From positions 65,524 to 129,523 of the forward strand of contig CAVXTP010000017.1 of the NCBI GenBank assembly GCA_963764715.1: a stretch of DNA of 64,000 nt, read 5' to 3'. The stretch comes from an uncultured Acidobacteriota bacterium (GTDB lineage Bacteria; Acidobacteriota; Thermoanaerobaculia; UBA5066; Gp7-AA6). This document shows, in pieces, positions 1-9,879 of the stretch. Every line of letters starts with the position of its first letter. Position 1 is the stretch's first letter. The notes beneath the pieces were generated by a model that was not told the origin of the DNA, ran no database searches, and saw only the letters and a program-made list of their open reading frames with translations. Both the position numbers and the translations under genes were made by a program.

Positions 1-556
1 GGAGGACCGGGCGCTGGGCCCGCAGGTACGCGGCCCAGTTGACGATGAAGAGGATGTGCCGCGCCTCTTCCTGCATGATCGTCTCGAAGATCGCGATGAA
101 GGCCTTGGGGAAGATCTCCGCGCTCGTCCCGAGCCGGAAGAGGCCGAAGGCGAAAAACGAGTCCAAGCACTCCCCGTAGCCGGTCCGCAGGAACGCCAGG
201 GTCGGGTCCTTGGGGACCTCGGGCGGCGGGAACGGGCGGACATCGATCCCGTAATGGCGGGTCAGGCGCTGCAGGACCTCGGCGTGACGGGCCTCCTCGT
301 AGCCCTGGAGGCTGATCGCCTCGGCCAGGAGGGGGTCCTTCTCGGTGTCACCCAGAGACTGCACTTTGACGGCCGTGGCGGCCTCGGTCCGGGTGGCCTC
401 GTTCCAGATCGGCATGGATTTGAGCCGGGCCAGTTGCTCGGCGTCCATGTCCGGCCACCGGATCTCCTCCGGTTTGAAGGGATCGTGGGTGTCGATGAAC
501 ATCCGACAGAGCAGCTCTTTGTGCTCCGGGCTCCCGATCTTGAGCGTATTTGCCAT
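1..556 (-). CDS. ferritin-like diiron-carboxylate protein (N-terminal ~185 codons; the gene runs off the left edge)
   Basis: My own translation of the minus strand from the ATG (cat at 554-556) gives MANTLKIGSPEHKELLCRMFIDTHDPFKPEEIRW... It has two EEARH motifs (YEEARHAEV, QEEARHILF), as in diiron ferritin-like oxygenases, and GC-rich third positions. It is missing from the ORF track only because no stop lies inside the window. Confidence 0.6.
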   Translation of the reverse strand, partial: MANTLKIGSPEHKELLCRMFIDTHDPFKPEEIRWPDMDAEQLARLKSMPIWNEATRTEAATAVKVQSLGDTEKDPLLAEAISLQGYEEARHAEVLQRLTRHYGIDVRPFPPPEVPKDPTLAFLRTGYGECLDSFFAFGLFRLGTSAEIFPKAFIAIFETIMQEEARHILFIVNWAAYLRAQRPVL

Positions 557-611
557 ACGAAGTTGTAGAGTATCATCCGCGTTTCTCTTCGGCGGGGGGG
601 TAGGAAATCGT

Positions 612-2561
612 ATGTCCATTCTGAGCCGGATCGAGGGTCCGAAGGACCTCAAGACACTCTCCTATGGAGAGTTAGCCGAGCTTTCGCAGGACTGCCGGGA
701 GGTGATCGTCCAGACGATCACGAAGACCGGAGGCCACCTCGCCTCCAACCTGGGAGTCGTCGAGCTGACCATCGCCCTCCACCGCGCTTTCGACAGCCCG
801 AAAGACCGCCTGGTCTGGGACACCTCCAACCAGTGCTACACCCACAAGCTGGTGACCGGTCGGCGCGACCAGTTCTCGACGATCCGCACCCCGGGGGGTC
901 TCTCGGGCTTCGCCGAGCCTTCCGAGAGCGACCACGACACCCTCGCCGCCGGCCACGCCGGCACCGGGCTCTCCTACGGCCTCGGTGTCTCGATGGCGCT
1001 CCAGGATCGATCCAACGAACCGTACGTCATCGTGATCGTCGGCGACGGCGCCCTGACGTCGGGCCCGTCGTACGAGGCGATGAACAACATCGTCCACGTC
1101 AAGCCCAAGCGGATGATCGTCATCCTGAACGACAACGGCTGGTCGATCTCCGAGAACGTGGGCTGGCTCGCCCACTGGCGCAACCGTTTCGAGCTTCACC
1201 CGACCTACCAGAAGTTCGTCGACGCGGGCCACAGCTTCTTCAAGCGCCTGCCCAAGGGCGACATGGCATGGGAGCTCGCGCGGAAGCTGAAGAGCTCGGT
1301 CGAGGGCCTCTTCTTCCCCAACCTCATCTGGGACGAGCTCGGATTCCACTACGTCGGCCCCGTCAACGGCCACGACTTCAGGGAGCTCGAGGAGGCGCTG
1401 GCCCGCGCCAAGGACGTCTCCGCCGACGGCACGCCCGTCGTCATCCACGCGCTGACGCACAAGGGCCGCGGGTTCCAGCAGGCCGAGCAGAACCCCTCGA
1501 AGTTCCACCAGCCGGGCACTCCGACCGGCCCGGGCGGCGCCGGCACCCGCTACACCTACTCCCAGGTCTTCGCGAAGACGCTCATCTCCATGATGGAGAA
1601 GGACCCCAAGATCGTGGCCTTCTCGGCGGCGATGCTCGAGGGGACCGGGTTGATCGAGGTCCAGAAGAAGTTCCCCGGCCGCGTGTTCGACGTCGGCATC
1701 GCCGAGGAGCACGCCGTGATCTGCGCCGGCGGCATGGCCAAGGAGGGCTGGAAGCCGGTCGTCTCCATTTACTCGACCTTCCTGCAGCGGTCCTTCGACC
1801 AGCTGATCCACGACGTGGCGCTCCAGAACCTGCCCGTCACGATCTGCGTCGACCGGGCCGGCCTCGTCGGCGACGACGGAAAGACGCACCAGGGCGTCTT
1901 CGACATCTCCTACACCCGGATGATCCCGAACATGACGATCGCCGCGCCCAAGGACGAGAACGAGCTGCAGCACGTCCTCCACACCGCGATCAATTCCGGG
2001 CGGCCGTTCGTGGTGCGCTACCCCCGCGGCCTGGCGCTCGGGGTCGAGCTCGACGCCGAGCTGAAGACCATGCCGATCGGGAAGGGCGAGATCCTGCGCG
2101 AGGGACGCGATCTGACCTTCATCGCGTACGGCTCGATGGTTTCGGTCGCGAGCGCCGCGGCCGCGGAGCTCGAGGGCCGGGGGCTCTCGGTCGGCGTCGT
2201 CAACGCGCGCTTCGCCAAGCCCCTCGACATGGACCTGCTCGCGAAGGTCGCCGGCTCCTGCCCGCGCCTGATGACGCTCGAGGAGCACCTGGCGGCCGGC
2301 GGCTTCGGCGCCGGCGTGCTCGAGGCGTTCCATGCCGGGGGGCTGCCGACGGCGGGGCTCAAGGTCCACGCGATCCCGGACCAGTTCATCGACCACAGCC
2401 CGCAGCTCCAGCAGCGCCACAACCTCAAGCTCGACGTCGAGGGCGTCGTCGAGAAGACTTTCGAGCTCTTCCCGGACCTCGCGCGCCCGGCCGCGGCCGC
2501 CGCCGGCGCCGGCGACCCGCGCAGCAAGAAGGAAAAATTCGCCGAGACGGTGAACTGGTGA
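612..2561 (+). CDS. dxs: 1-deoxy-D-xylulose-5-phosphate synthase
   Basis: ORF 345..2561 trimmed to the ATG at 612 (MSILSRIEGPKDLKTLSYGELAELSQDCREVIV...). It has the ThDP motif GDGALTSG...LNDNGWSIS and a transketolase-like C-terminal half (IAEEHAV, GLVGDDGKTHQGVFDISY). The 649-aa length is typical. Confidence 0.95.
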   Translation: MSILSRIEGPKDLKTLSYGELAELSQDCREVIVQTITKTGGHLASNLGVVELTIALHRAFDSPKDRLVWDTSNQCYTHKLVTGRRDQFSTIRTPGGLSGFAEPSESDHDTLAAGHAGTGLSYGLGVSMALQDRSNEPYVIVIVGDGALTSGPSYEAMNNIVHVKPKRMIVILNDNGWSISENVGWLAHWRNRFELHPTYQKFVDAGHSFFKRLPKGDMAWELARKLKSSVEGLFFPNLIWDELGFHYVGPVNGHDFRELEEALARAKDVSADGTPVVIHALTHKGRGFQQAEQNPSKFHQPGTPTGPGGAGTRYTYSQVFAKTLISMMEKDPKIVAFSAAMLEGTGLIEVQKKFPGRVFDVGIAEEHAVICAGGMAKEGWKPVVSIYSTFLQRSFDQLIHDVALQNLPVTICVDRAGLVGDDGKTHQGVFDISYTRMIPNMTIAAPKDENELQHVLHTAINSGRPFVVRYPRGLALGVELDAELKTMPIGKGEILREGRDLTFIAYGSMVSVASAAAAELEGRGLSVGVVNARFAKPLDMDLLAKVAGSCPRLMTLEEHLAAGGFGAGVLEAFHAGGLPTAGLKVHAIPDQFIDHSPQLQQRHNLKLDVEGVVEKTFELFPDLARPAAAAAGAGDPRSKKEKFAETVNW

Positions 2562-3538
2562 ACGTGCCGGGCGACTTCTCCGGAATCCGGGTCGAGAAGC
2601 TCCTGATCGCGGGCCTGCGCGGCTTCTGCGCCGGCGTCGTCCGCGCGATCGACGTCGTCGAGAAGGCCCTCGAGGCGATCGACGGGCCCGTCTACGTGCG
2701 CAAGGAGATCATCCACAACCGCTACGTCGTCGACGAGCTGCGCGACAAGGGCGCCCGCTTCGTGGAGGAAGTCGACGAGGTCCCGGACAACGCCTCGCTC
2801 ATCTTCTCGGCCCACGGCATCGCGCCCCAGGTCCGCGCCCTCGCCCAGCAGAAGCGGCTGCAGACGATCGACGCGACCTGCCCGCTCGTCACGAAGGTGC
2901 ACCTCGAGGCCATCCACTACGCCAAGCAGGGCTACACGATCATCCTCGTCGGCCACCACGATCACGACGAGACGGTCGGCACGCTCGGCGAGGCGCCGGA
3001 CGCGATCCGCCTGGTCGAGACGCGCGAGGACGCCGAGAAGGTCACGGTGCCGGACCCCGACCGCGTGGCGTACCTGACGCAGACGACGCTCTCGATCGAC
3101 GACACGCGCGACATCCTCGCCGTCCTGAAGCGACGGTTCCCGAACCTGAAGGCCCCCTCGAAGCAGGACATCTGCTACGCCACGCAGAACCGCCAGGACG
3201 CCGTCAAGGCGATGGCGCCCCACGTCGACATGCTGCTGGTGCTCGGGGCGCCGAACTCCTCCAACTCGCTCCGGATGTGCGAGGTCGCCCGCGCCAACGG
3301 GGTCGCGTCGCACCTGATCGAGCGCGCCCGGGACATCCGGCCGGAGTGGCTCCAGGGCGTCCGGGTCCTCGGTCTCACCGCCTCGGCGTCGGCCCCCGAG
3401 ATCCTGGTCCAGGAGGTCGTGACCTTCGCGCGCGAGAAGCTCGGAGTCTCGGTCGTCGAGGAGTTCGAGACCGTCAAGGAAGACGTCCACTTCCCGCTGC
3501 CCCAGGAGTTGAAAGCCCTTCTGCCCGTCAGAGTCTGA
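2558..3538 (+). CDS. ispH: 4-hydroxy-3-methylbut-2-enyl diphosphate reductase
   Basis: This is the 3' part of ORF 833..3538, starting VNVPGDFSGIRVEKLLIAGLRGFCAGVVRAIDVVE... The three cluster-ligand cysteines sit in their usual contexts (GFCAGV, ATCPLVTKVH, ICYATQNRQ). The GTG at 2558 overlaps the dxs stop (GTGA). Confidence 0.93.
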   Translation: MNVPGDFSGIRVEKLLIAGLRGFCAGVVRAIDVVEKALEAIDGPVYVRKEIIHNRYVVDELRDKGARFVEEVDEVPDNASLIFSAHGIAPQVRALAQQKRLQTIDATCPLVTKVHLEAIHYAKQGYTIILVGHHDHDETVGTLGEAPDAIRLVETREDAEKVTVPDPDRVAYLTQTTLSIDDTRDILAVLKRRFPNLKAPSKQDICYATQNRQDAVKAMAPHVDMLLVLGAPNSSNSLRMCEVARANGVASHLIERARDIRPEWLQGVRVLGLTASASAPEILVQEVVTFAREKLGVSVVEEFETVKEDVHFPLPQELKALLPVRV

Positions 3539-3554
3539 CGCGTCGGGATCCGGC

Positions 3555-4652
3555 ATGACTCTCCCCACCGCGCCCGTCGCGGCCCCCCGCGGCATTTCGA
3601 AGCTGTCGGACGGCGGGTCGCGCCCCTCGGGCGCGCGACCGCGGGCCGGGCGGATCGCTCTCTTCGCCGCCGGCCTCGTCGTCCTCGGCGCCGGGCTCGC
3701 GCTCGTCGGCTGGACGCCGATCGCCGAGAACCTCGCCCGCATCGGCCCTTACTTCGTCCTGCTCGTCGGCCTCTACGCGGCCGCGCAGATCGCGTTCACG
3801 CTCGGCTGGTGGGTGATCGCCGGCCGGCGCGGCCCGGCGTCGTTCCGGGACCTCTTCGCCGCGTATCTCGCGGGCGACTCGATCAACTACTTCACGAGCG
3901 TCGGCGGCGAGCCCGTCAAGGCCCACCTGCTGCGCGGAAAGATGGGCTTCGGCCCGGCCTTCGCCACGATCTGGGTCAACCGCAACGCGGACGTGCTCGC
4001 GCAGTGGCTCTTCCTCGTCGCCGGAGCGGCCGTCGCGCTGACCCGGTATTCCCTGCCGCCGCTGCCCCGCTTCCTCGTGATCGCCGGCCTGACGGTGCTC
4101 GGCGCGCTCGCGCTCGGGTTCACCGGCATGCAGCGGCGGGGATTCTTCGGGCCGATCCTGAGGCTCCTGAAGAAGGTCCCGCTCCTCGAGAAGCGGCTGT
4201 CGGGGCTCGAGACGCATGCCGAGGAAGTCGACGCGCGGATCCGGCTCTATTACCGGAGCGAGGAGCACGGCCTGCAGTTCGCGATCGCCGTCGTCTGGGG
4301 CTTCCTCGGCTGGTGCGGCGGCCTCGTCGAGACGTGGATCGTCCTGAGGCTGCTCTCCCCGACCCACACGTTCGCATCGGCCTTCGCGGTCGAGTCGCTG
4401 GCGATGATCCTGAACGGCATCCTGCTCTTCATTCCGGCCCGGATCGGGAGCGCCGAAGCCATCCGCCTCGGAGTCGCGGCGCTCGTGGGCCTGACGCCCG
4501 CACAGGGCGCGGCCTACGCGCTCGTCCGGCGGGCCCGCGAGCTGCTGTGGCTCGCGCCGGGGGGCGTCGTGCTCCTGAAGCACCATTTGATCGACGTGGC
4601 GCACTTGCGGCTCGAGCGGCTGGAGCCCTCGGGCCGGGAGGCGCGGCCATGA
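3555..4652 (+). CDS. polytopic membrane protein, MprF-type 'LPG-synthase TM region'/flippase-like family
   Basis: A 365-aa ORF starting 16 nt after the ispH stop, with about 8 hydrophobic helices (IALFAAGLVVLGAGLALVGW, YFVLLVGLYAAAQIAFTLGWWVIA, ...). The GGEPVKAHLL loop and overall layout resemble the flippase-like UPF0104 family. This is recognition from memory, not a search. Confidence 0.7.
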   Translation: MTLPTAPVAAPRGISKLSDGGSRPSGARPRAGRIALFAAGLVVLGAGLALVGWTPIAENLARIGPYFVLLVGLYAAAQIAFTLGWWVIAGRRGPASFRDLFAAYLAGDSINYFTSVGGEPVKAHLLRGKMGFGPAFATIWVNRNADVLAQWLFLVAGAAVALTRYSLPPLPRFLVIAGLTVLGALALGFTGMQRRGFFGPILRLLKKVPLLEKRLSGLETHAEEVDARIRLYYRSEEHGLQFAIAVVWGFLGWCGGLVETWIVLRLLSPTHTFASAFAVESLAMILNGILLFIPARIGSAEAIRLGVAALVGLTPAQGAAYALVRRARELLWLAPGGVVLLKHHLIDVAHLRLERLEPSGREARP

Positions 4653-4749
4653 CGGGCTTCTACGGTAACCTTCCCGCCGTGTGCGCCGACGTCCGGATCG
4701 CACGCCGCCTGACGGCTCGCGCCGAAGAGGCCGCGCGGGGGATCGTCCC

Positions 4750-5439
4750 GTGAGCGCGATCGTCTCGGGCGCGGTCATCGCGGCCGGAGAGGGCTCCCGG
4801 CTGAAGCAGTTCGGCGTGCCCAAGCCTCTCCTCGAGGTCGCGGGGGTGCCGCTGATCGAGCACGTCCTGTCGAACTTCGAGGCCGCCGGGATCGCGTCGG
4901 CGGCGGTCATCTTCAACGAGTCCGAGCGGGACTGCGAGGCCTTCGTCCGCGAGCGCTTCGGGCGGCTCGTCCAGACCGTGCTCGTGAAGACGACGCGCTC
5001 CTCGCTCGAGAGCTTCCGGGCCGTGCTCGAGGTCGCCCCGAAGGGGCGGCTGCTCGTGTCGACCGTGGATGCGTTCTGCCCGCGGAAGGACTTCGTCCGC
5101 TTCGTCGAGCACGCCGGGGAGCTGCCGTCCCATTCCACCGTCCTCGCCGTGACCCGTTTCGTCGACGACGAGAAGCCCCTCTGGGTCAACGTCGCACGGC
5201 ATGGCCGGGTCTCGTCGATCGGCGGATCGACCGGCGACGCCGTGACCGCCGGGATCTACGTCTTCCCGGAGAGGGTCCGGCAGCTCGGCGTTCCGCCGGA
5301 GCTCGGGCGGCTGCGGGACTTCCTCGCGTGGCTCGCGAAGTCCGGCGAGCCGATCCAGGCCCTCGAGATCGAAAAGGTCGTCGACGTCGACCGCGCCGAG
5401 GACCTCGCCGTGGCCGAAGAGCTGGCGGCGGCGCGATGA
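4750..5439 (+). CDS. NTP-transferase (sugar/alcohol-phosphate nucleotidylyltransferase) domain protein
   Basis: The GTG at 4750 lies inside ORF 4681..5439. The N-terminus VSAIVSGAVIAAGEGSRLKQFGVPKPLLEVAGVPLIEHVL carries the G-x-G-x-R-L ... K-P-L nucleotidyltransferase signature. Confidence 0.8.
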   Translation: MSAIVSGAVIAAGEGSRLKQFGVPKPLLEVAGVPLIEHVLSNFEAAGIASAAVIFNESERDCEAFVRERFGRLVQTVLVKTTRSSLESFRAVLEVAPKGRLLVSTVDAFCPRKDFVRFVEHAGELPSHSTVLAVTRFVDDEKPLWVNVARHGRVSSIGGSTGDAVTAGIYVFPERVRQLGVPPELGRLRDFLAWLAKSGEPIQALEIEKVVDVDRAEDLAVAEELAAAR

Positions 5440-6305
5440 CGGGCTCCGCGCCGCGCTGCTGGGGCGTCTACCGGGAGCTCGCCCATTCGCCCGGCCGCGA
5501 GACCGACGACGCCGACATCCTGCGCGCGACGGGCGAGGAGCTGGCGGCGCGCGGGTTCGACGTCTCGCTCAAGACGACCGAGGAGCTGCCCGAGGCGGGG
5601 GACTTCGCTTCGGTGCCCCCGTTTCTCTTCGTCATGTGCGAGCGGGTCCCCGTCGTCGAAACGCTCGCGGCCTGGGAGCGGCGCGGCGCGCGGATCCTCA
5701 ACCGCCCGGCCGGCATCCGCAACACCGACCGCGAGCGGACCCTCGACCTCTTCGGGCGGCACGGCGTCCCGCACCCCCGAAGCGTCCTCGTCGAGACCGG
5801 GAAGGGCGACGCGGCGTTCCCCGGGGAGTGCTGGATCAAGCGCGGCGACGTCCACGCGACCGAGGCCGGCGACGTCGCCTTCGCCGGCGATCCCGGCGGG
5901 TTCGCCACGCACCTCGAGCGCTTCGCCGCCCGCGGGATCCTCTGCGCGGTCGTCCAGGACCACGTCCCGGGCGACCTGATCAAGTTCTACGGCGTCGCCG
6001 GCCTCGACGATCCGCCCGGCCGGCCGTCCTGGTTCCAGTGGTTCTACCACCGCGACCAGGCGCTCGCGAGCCACCCGTTCGACGCGTCCGCCCTGGAGGC
6101 GGCCACGGCCCGCGCCGCCGCCGCGCTCTCGCTCGAGGTCTACGGCGGCGACGCGATCGTGTCCGCGGACGGCCGCATCCACGTCATCGATCTGAACGCC
6201 TGGCCGAGCTTCGCGCTCTTTCGCGGCGTGGCCGCGGCGAAAATCGCGGCCCTGCTCGCCGCGCGCTTCTCCCGCGCCGGCGCCCCGCTCGAGGCCTCCC
6301 GATGA
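5436..6305 (+). CDS. ATP-grasp fold enzyme (ligase or ITPK-like kinase)
   Basis: The ATG at 5436 overlaps the upstream stop (ATGA). ATP-grasp hallmarks are present: RILNRPAGIRNTDRERT, CWIKRGDVH, VVQDHVPGDLIKFYGV. The C-terminal metal-binding motif is IHVIDLNAWPSF. Confidence 0.7.
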   Translation: MTGSAPRCWGVYRELAHSPGRETDDADILRATGEELAARGFDVSLKTTEELPEAGDFASVPPFLFVMCERVPVVETLAAWERRGARILNRPAGIRNTDRERTLDLFGRHGVPHPRSVLVETGKGDAAFPGECWIKRGDVHATEAGDVAFAGDPGGFATHLERFAARGILCAVVQDHVPGDLIKFYGVAGLDDPPGRPSWFQWFYHRDQALASHPFDASALEAATARAAAALSLEVYGGDAIVSADGRIHVIDLNAWPSFALFRGVAAAKIAALLAARFSRAGAPLEASR

Positions 6306-7639
6306 CCGAGGTCCGCCACCGCATCGAGGTCGGGCCGCGCTCGAAGGCGATCGTCGACCTGGAGCAGCGTCACATGGCGCCGGGCCTGCAGTCCTTCGCC
6401 CTGTACTCGGGGCTCGCCATGGCGCGCGGCCAGGGAAGCCGGATCTTCGACGAAGACGGCAACGGCTACGTCGACTTCATCGCCGGGATCGCCGTGGGCT
6501 CCGTCGGCCACTGCCACCCCTATTACGTGAAGGCGCTCCAGGACCAGGCCGCGAAGCTGACGTTCGGCAGCTTCACGACCGAGGTCCGCGCGAAGTTCCT
6601 CAACCTCCTCGGAAGCGTGACTCCCCCCGGCCTGACCCGCATCCAGCTCTTCTCGGGCGGCGCGGAGGCGGTCGAGGCGGCCTTCCGCCTCGCCAAGGCC
6701 GTCACGAAGAAGTTCGAGTTCGTCGGATACTCCGGCGCCTTCCACGGCAAGACCGGCGGCGTCCTGCCGCTCCTGTGGGGCGACTTCAAGGAGGGGCTCG
6801 GCCCCTTCGTCCCCGGCACGTACTCGGCGCCCTACGCCTACTGCTACCGCTGCCCGCTCCAGCTGACCTACCCCGACTGCGGGATCGCCTGCGCGGAAGA
6901 GACGCGCGACGTGATCCGCAACCAGACCGGCCGGCAGGTCGCCGCGATCATCGTCGAGCCGATGCAGGGCACCGCGGGCAACGTGATTCCCCCGCCGGGC
7001 TTCCTGTCCGCCGTCCAGGCGATCGCGAAGGAGAACGGCGCCCTCTTGATCGCCGACGAGATGATCACGGGCTTCGGGCGCACCGGGACGTTCTGGGGGG
7101 TCGAGCACGACGGCGTCGTCCCCGACGTCATGACGTGCGGCAAGGGCATCGGCGGCGGCTTCCCGCTCGCGGCCGTCGTCTCGACCGACGCACTGACGGC
7201 CGCGAAGCCCTGGTCGAACCCCTCGGGCAGCTCCTCCTCGTACGGCGGTAACCCGCTCGGCTCGGCGGCGGGGCTCGCGGCCCTCGAGATCATCACGCGC
7301 GAGAACCTCGTCGAGAACTCGCGCCGCGTCGGGGCCGCCATGCTCGCGCGCCTCCAGGCCATGCAGGAGAAGCACCGCGTCATCGGCGACGTCCGCGGGA
7401 AGGGCCTCCTCCTCGGCCTCGAGCTCGTGAAGGACCGGACGTCGAAGGAGCTGGTGCCGAAGGACTTCGCGAGGGCGCTCTTCCAGGAGTGCCTGCGGCG
7501 CGGCCTTCTGGCGATGTCCTACTCGCCCGTCATCCGCATCAACCCGCCGCTCTCGATCGACGAGGCGACCGCGCTCGAGGGGCTCGAGATCCTCGACGAG
7601 GCGATCGGCGCGACGGCGCGCGATTGGAAGCTGGCATGA
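6302..7639 (+). CDS. class-III (aspartate aminotransferase family) PLP aminotransferase
   Basis: The ATG at 6302 overlaps the upstream stop (ATGA). Motifs include SGGAEAVEAAFRLAK, IVEPMQGTAGNVIPP, and DEMITGFGRTGTFWGVEH...TCGKGIGGGFP, where the PLP lysine is in CGK. Confidence 0.9.
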   Translation: MTEVRHRIEVGPRSKAIVDLEQRHMAPGLQSFALYSGLAMARGQGSRIFDEDGNGYVDFIAGIAVGSVGHCHPYYVKALQDQAAKLTFGSFTTEVRAKFLNLLGSVTPPGLTRIQLFSGGAEAVEAAFRLAKAVTKKFEFVGYSGAFHGKTGGVLPLLWGDFKEGLGPFVPGTYSAPYAYCYRCPLQLTYPDCGIACAEETRDVIRNQTGRQVAAIIVEPMQGTAGNVIPPPGFLSAVQAIAKENGALLIADEMITGFGRTGTFWGVEHDGVVPDVMTCGKGIGGGFPLAAVVSTDALTAAKPWSNPSGSSSSYGGNPLGSAAGLAALEIITRENLVENSRRVGAAMLARLQAMQEKHRVIGDVRGKGLLLGLELVKDRTSKELVPKDFARALFQECLRRGLLAMSYSPVIRINPPLSIDEATALEGLEILDEAIGATARDWKLA

Positions 7640-7829
7640 GGACACGATCCGGCCGGTCCTCCCGGCCCCGGTCCGCGGCGCGAGTAGTCTCCCGAAGTAA
7701 CCGAGGGAGGAGGCTCGCGCCGCGGGAGCGAGCGCGCAGCGAGGGACCAGGCCCGCGGTCGAGCCGGCAGCCCGGCGAGCCGCGGGCCGGTGGCGACAGC
7801 CAGGTCCCGAGAGAGCGCTCGCGACGGTC

Positions 7830-8867
7830 ATGTTGAAGGGCGCGCTCCTCGGCTTCGGGCACGTCGCCGCGGAAGGCCACGTCCCCGGGTGGCTCGCCCG
7901 GAAGGACATCGAGATCGTCGCCGCGGCCGACGCGCGGCCCGGGCGAAGCACGGCGTTCTTCGAGACGTTTCCGCAGGGCCGCTGGTACACGACGGTCGAG
8001 GACCTCCTCGCGAAGGAGTCGCTCGACTTCGTCGACGTCTGCACGCCTCCCGCCTCCCACGCGATGATCGTGCGGCAGGCGCTCGCGCGCTCGCTCCACG
8101 TGCTCTGCGAGAAGCCCCTCGTCGTGTCTCCGATCGAGCTCCGGGGCCTGCCCGCGCTGTCGGCCGAGAAGGAGCGCGCGGTCGTCACGGTGCACAACTG
8201 GCGCTACGCGCCCGCCGTCGTCCGCATCGGCGAGATTCTCTCCGCCGGCGCGCTCGGCGAGATCCGGCGCGTGCGCTGGCAGACGCTCCGCAACAAGCCC
8301 GCCGCGAGCGTGGGCGAGGCCGACAACTGGCGCGTCGACCCGGCGCAGTCCGGCGGCGGCATCCTCGTCGACCACGGCTGGCACGCCCTCTACGTGGTCT
8401 CGGGCTGGATGGGCGCGGCGCCGCGCACCGTCGCGGCGTCCCTCGAGACGCGCAAGCACCACGAGTGGCCGATCGAGGACACCGCCGACCTCTTCCTCGT
8501 CTACCCGGCGGCCTCGGCCGAGATCCTGCTGACCTGGGCGGACCCGGAGCGGTCCAATCGCGCCGAGATCACCGGGACCCGGGGGGTCCTCCGGCTCGAC
8601 GGCGGCCGCCTGACGCTCTTCGACGCGGACGGGAAGCGGCCGAAGGACGAATGGACCGTGCCCTCGCTCTCCGAGGGCTCGCATCACCCCGACTGGTTCT
8701 CCGGCGTCATCGAGAGCTTCTTCGACGAGGTCGCCGACGCGAAGTGGCGCGGGCGCAACCTCGCCGAGGCGACGCTCTGCGCCAACGTGCTCGCCCTCGC
8801 GCGCGAGTCGAGCCGGCAGGGCGGCGTGCCCCTGCCGGTCGAGCGCATGGCGGGCACGCGACGGTGA
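7830..8867 (+). CDS. Gfo/Idh/MocA family NAD(P)-dependent oxidoreductase
   Basis: A 345-aa ORF with an N-terminal Rossmann fold (MLKGALLGFGHVAAEGHVPGW) and the motifs DVCTPPASHAMIV and EKPL. The C-terminal alpha/beta domain is typical of inositol/sugar dehydrogenases. Confidence 0.85.
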   Translation: MLKGALLGFGHVAAEGHVPGWLARKDIEIVAAADARPGRSTAFFETFPQGRWYTTVEDLLAKESLDFVDVCTPPASHAMIVRQALARSLHVLCEKPLVVSPIELRGLPALSAEKERAVVTVHNWRYAPAVVRIGEILSAGALGEIRRVRWQTLRNKPAASVGEADNWRVDPAQSGGGILVDHGWHALYVVSGWMGAAPRTVAASLETRKHHEWPIEDTADLFLVYPAASAEILLTWADPERSNRAEITGTRGVLRLDGGRLTLFDADGKRPKDEWTVPSLSEGSHHPDWFSGVIESFFDEVADAKWRGRNLAEATLCANVLALARESSRQGGVPLPVERMAGTRR

Positions 8868-9879
8868 GCCGCGTCCTCGTCCTCGGGCCCCCGGAGGGGC
8901 CGCCCGGAGTCGCGCCCGAATCGGTCCTCCTCGGACTGCCGATCGTGCGGCGGACGGCCCTCGCGGCCCGGCGCGCCGGCTTCGAGGAGATCGCGGTGAT
9001 CGAGCCGCCGCTTCCCGTCCTCGCCGCCCTCGTGGGCACCGACACCGAGGCGCTCGCCGAGGCGCCGCCCGACGCCGTGCGGATGGACTGGAACCGCGTC
9101 GTCGCGGTCCGCGACCTCGAGGCGATCCGCGACGGCGCGGCGCCCGCGTCGGTCGGCGTCGCGGTCGATTCCCCGGCCGATTTCCGGCGCGCCGAAGACC
9201 ACCTGCTCGCGAGCCTCGTCAAGGACACCGAGGGATTCATGTCGCGCCACGTCGAGCGCAAGATCTCGCTCGCGGTCAGCCGGCGCCTCGCCGCGACGAC
9301 GGTCACGCCGAACGCCATGACGCTTCTCTCGGTCTCGATCGGCCTCTTCGGGGCGACCTTCTTTCTCGACAGCACGGCGGCGAGCCAGACCGCGGGGGCC
9401 CTCCTCTTCCTGCTCCATTCGATCCTCGACGGCTGCGACGGCGAGCTCGCGCGACTGAAGTTCCAGGAGTCGCGCTCCGGCGGCCTGCTCGACTTCTGGG
9501 GAGACAACATCGTGCACGTCGCGGTCTTCGCGGCGATCGCGGCCGGCTGGAGCCGCGCGGTCGGCGCCGCGTGGCCGCTCGCGTTCGGCGCCCTCGCGGT
9601 CGGGGGCGCGCTCGCGTCCGCCTTCCTGGTCTACTCCCGCACGATGGCGGCGCCCCGCGAGGGGCCGCTCTACACCTCGGTCGCGACGGCCGCCGAGACT
9701 CGGCTTTCACGCGCTGCCGACGCCCTCTCACGGCGCGACTTCATCTACCTCGTTCTGATACTGTCCGCCTTCGGCAAGGCTGCCTGGTTCCTCGTTCTCA
9801 CGGCCGTCGGAGCGCCGGTTTACTTTCTCGTGCTGACGGCGATCGCGCTGGCCGAAAGACGCCGCCCAAGGAGTGCCTG

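Noticed and set aside
7640-7829. The 190-nt gap between the aminotransferase and the oxidoreductase as a possible ncRNA or riboswitch.
   Set aside because: It is GC-rich with only short, unconvincing stems (for example AGGAC...GTCCT). I saw no recognisable riboswitch core, no promoter-like AT-rich boxes and no terminator. It is more likely an ordinary intercistronic spacer or an internal promoter region. An Infernal scan would settle it.
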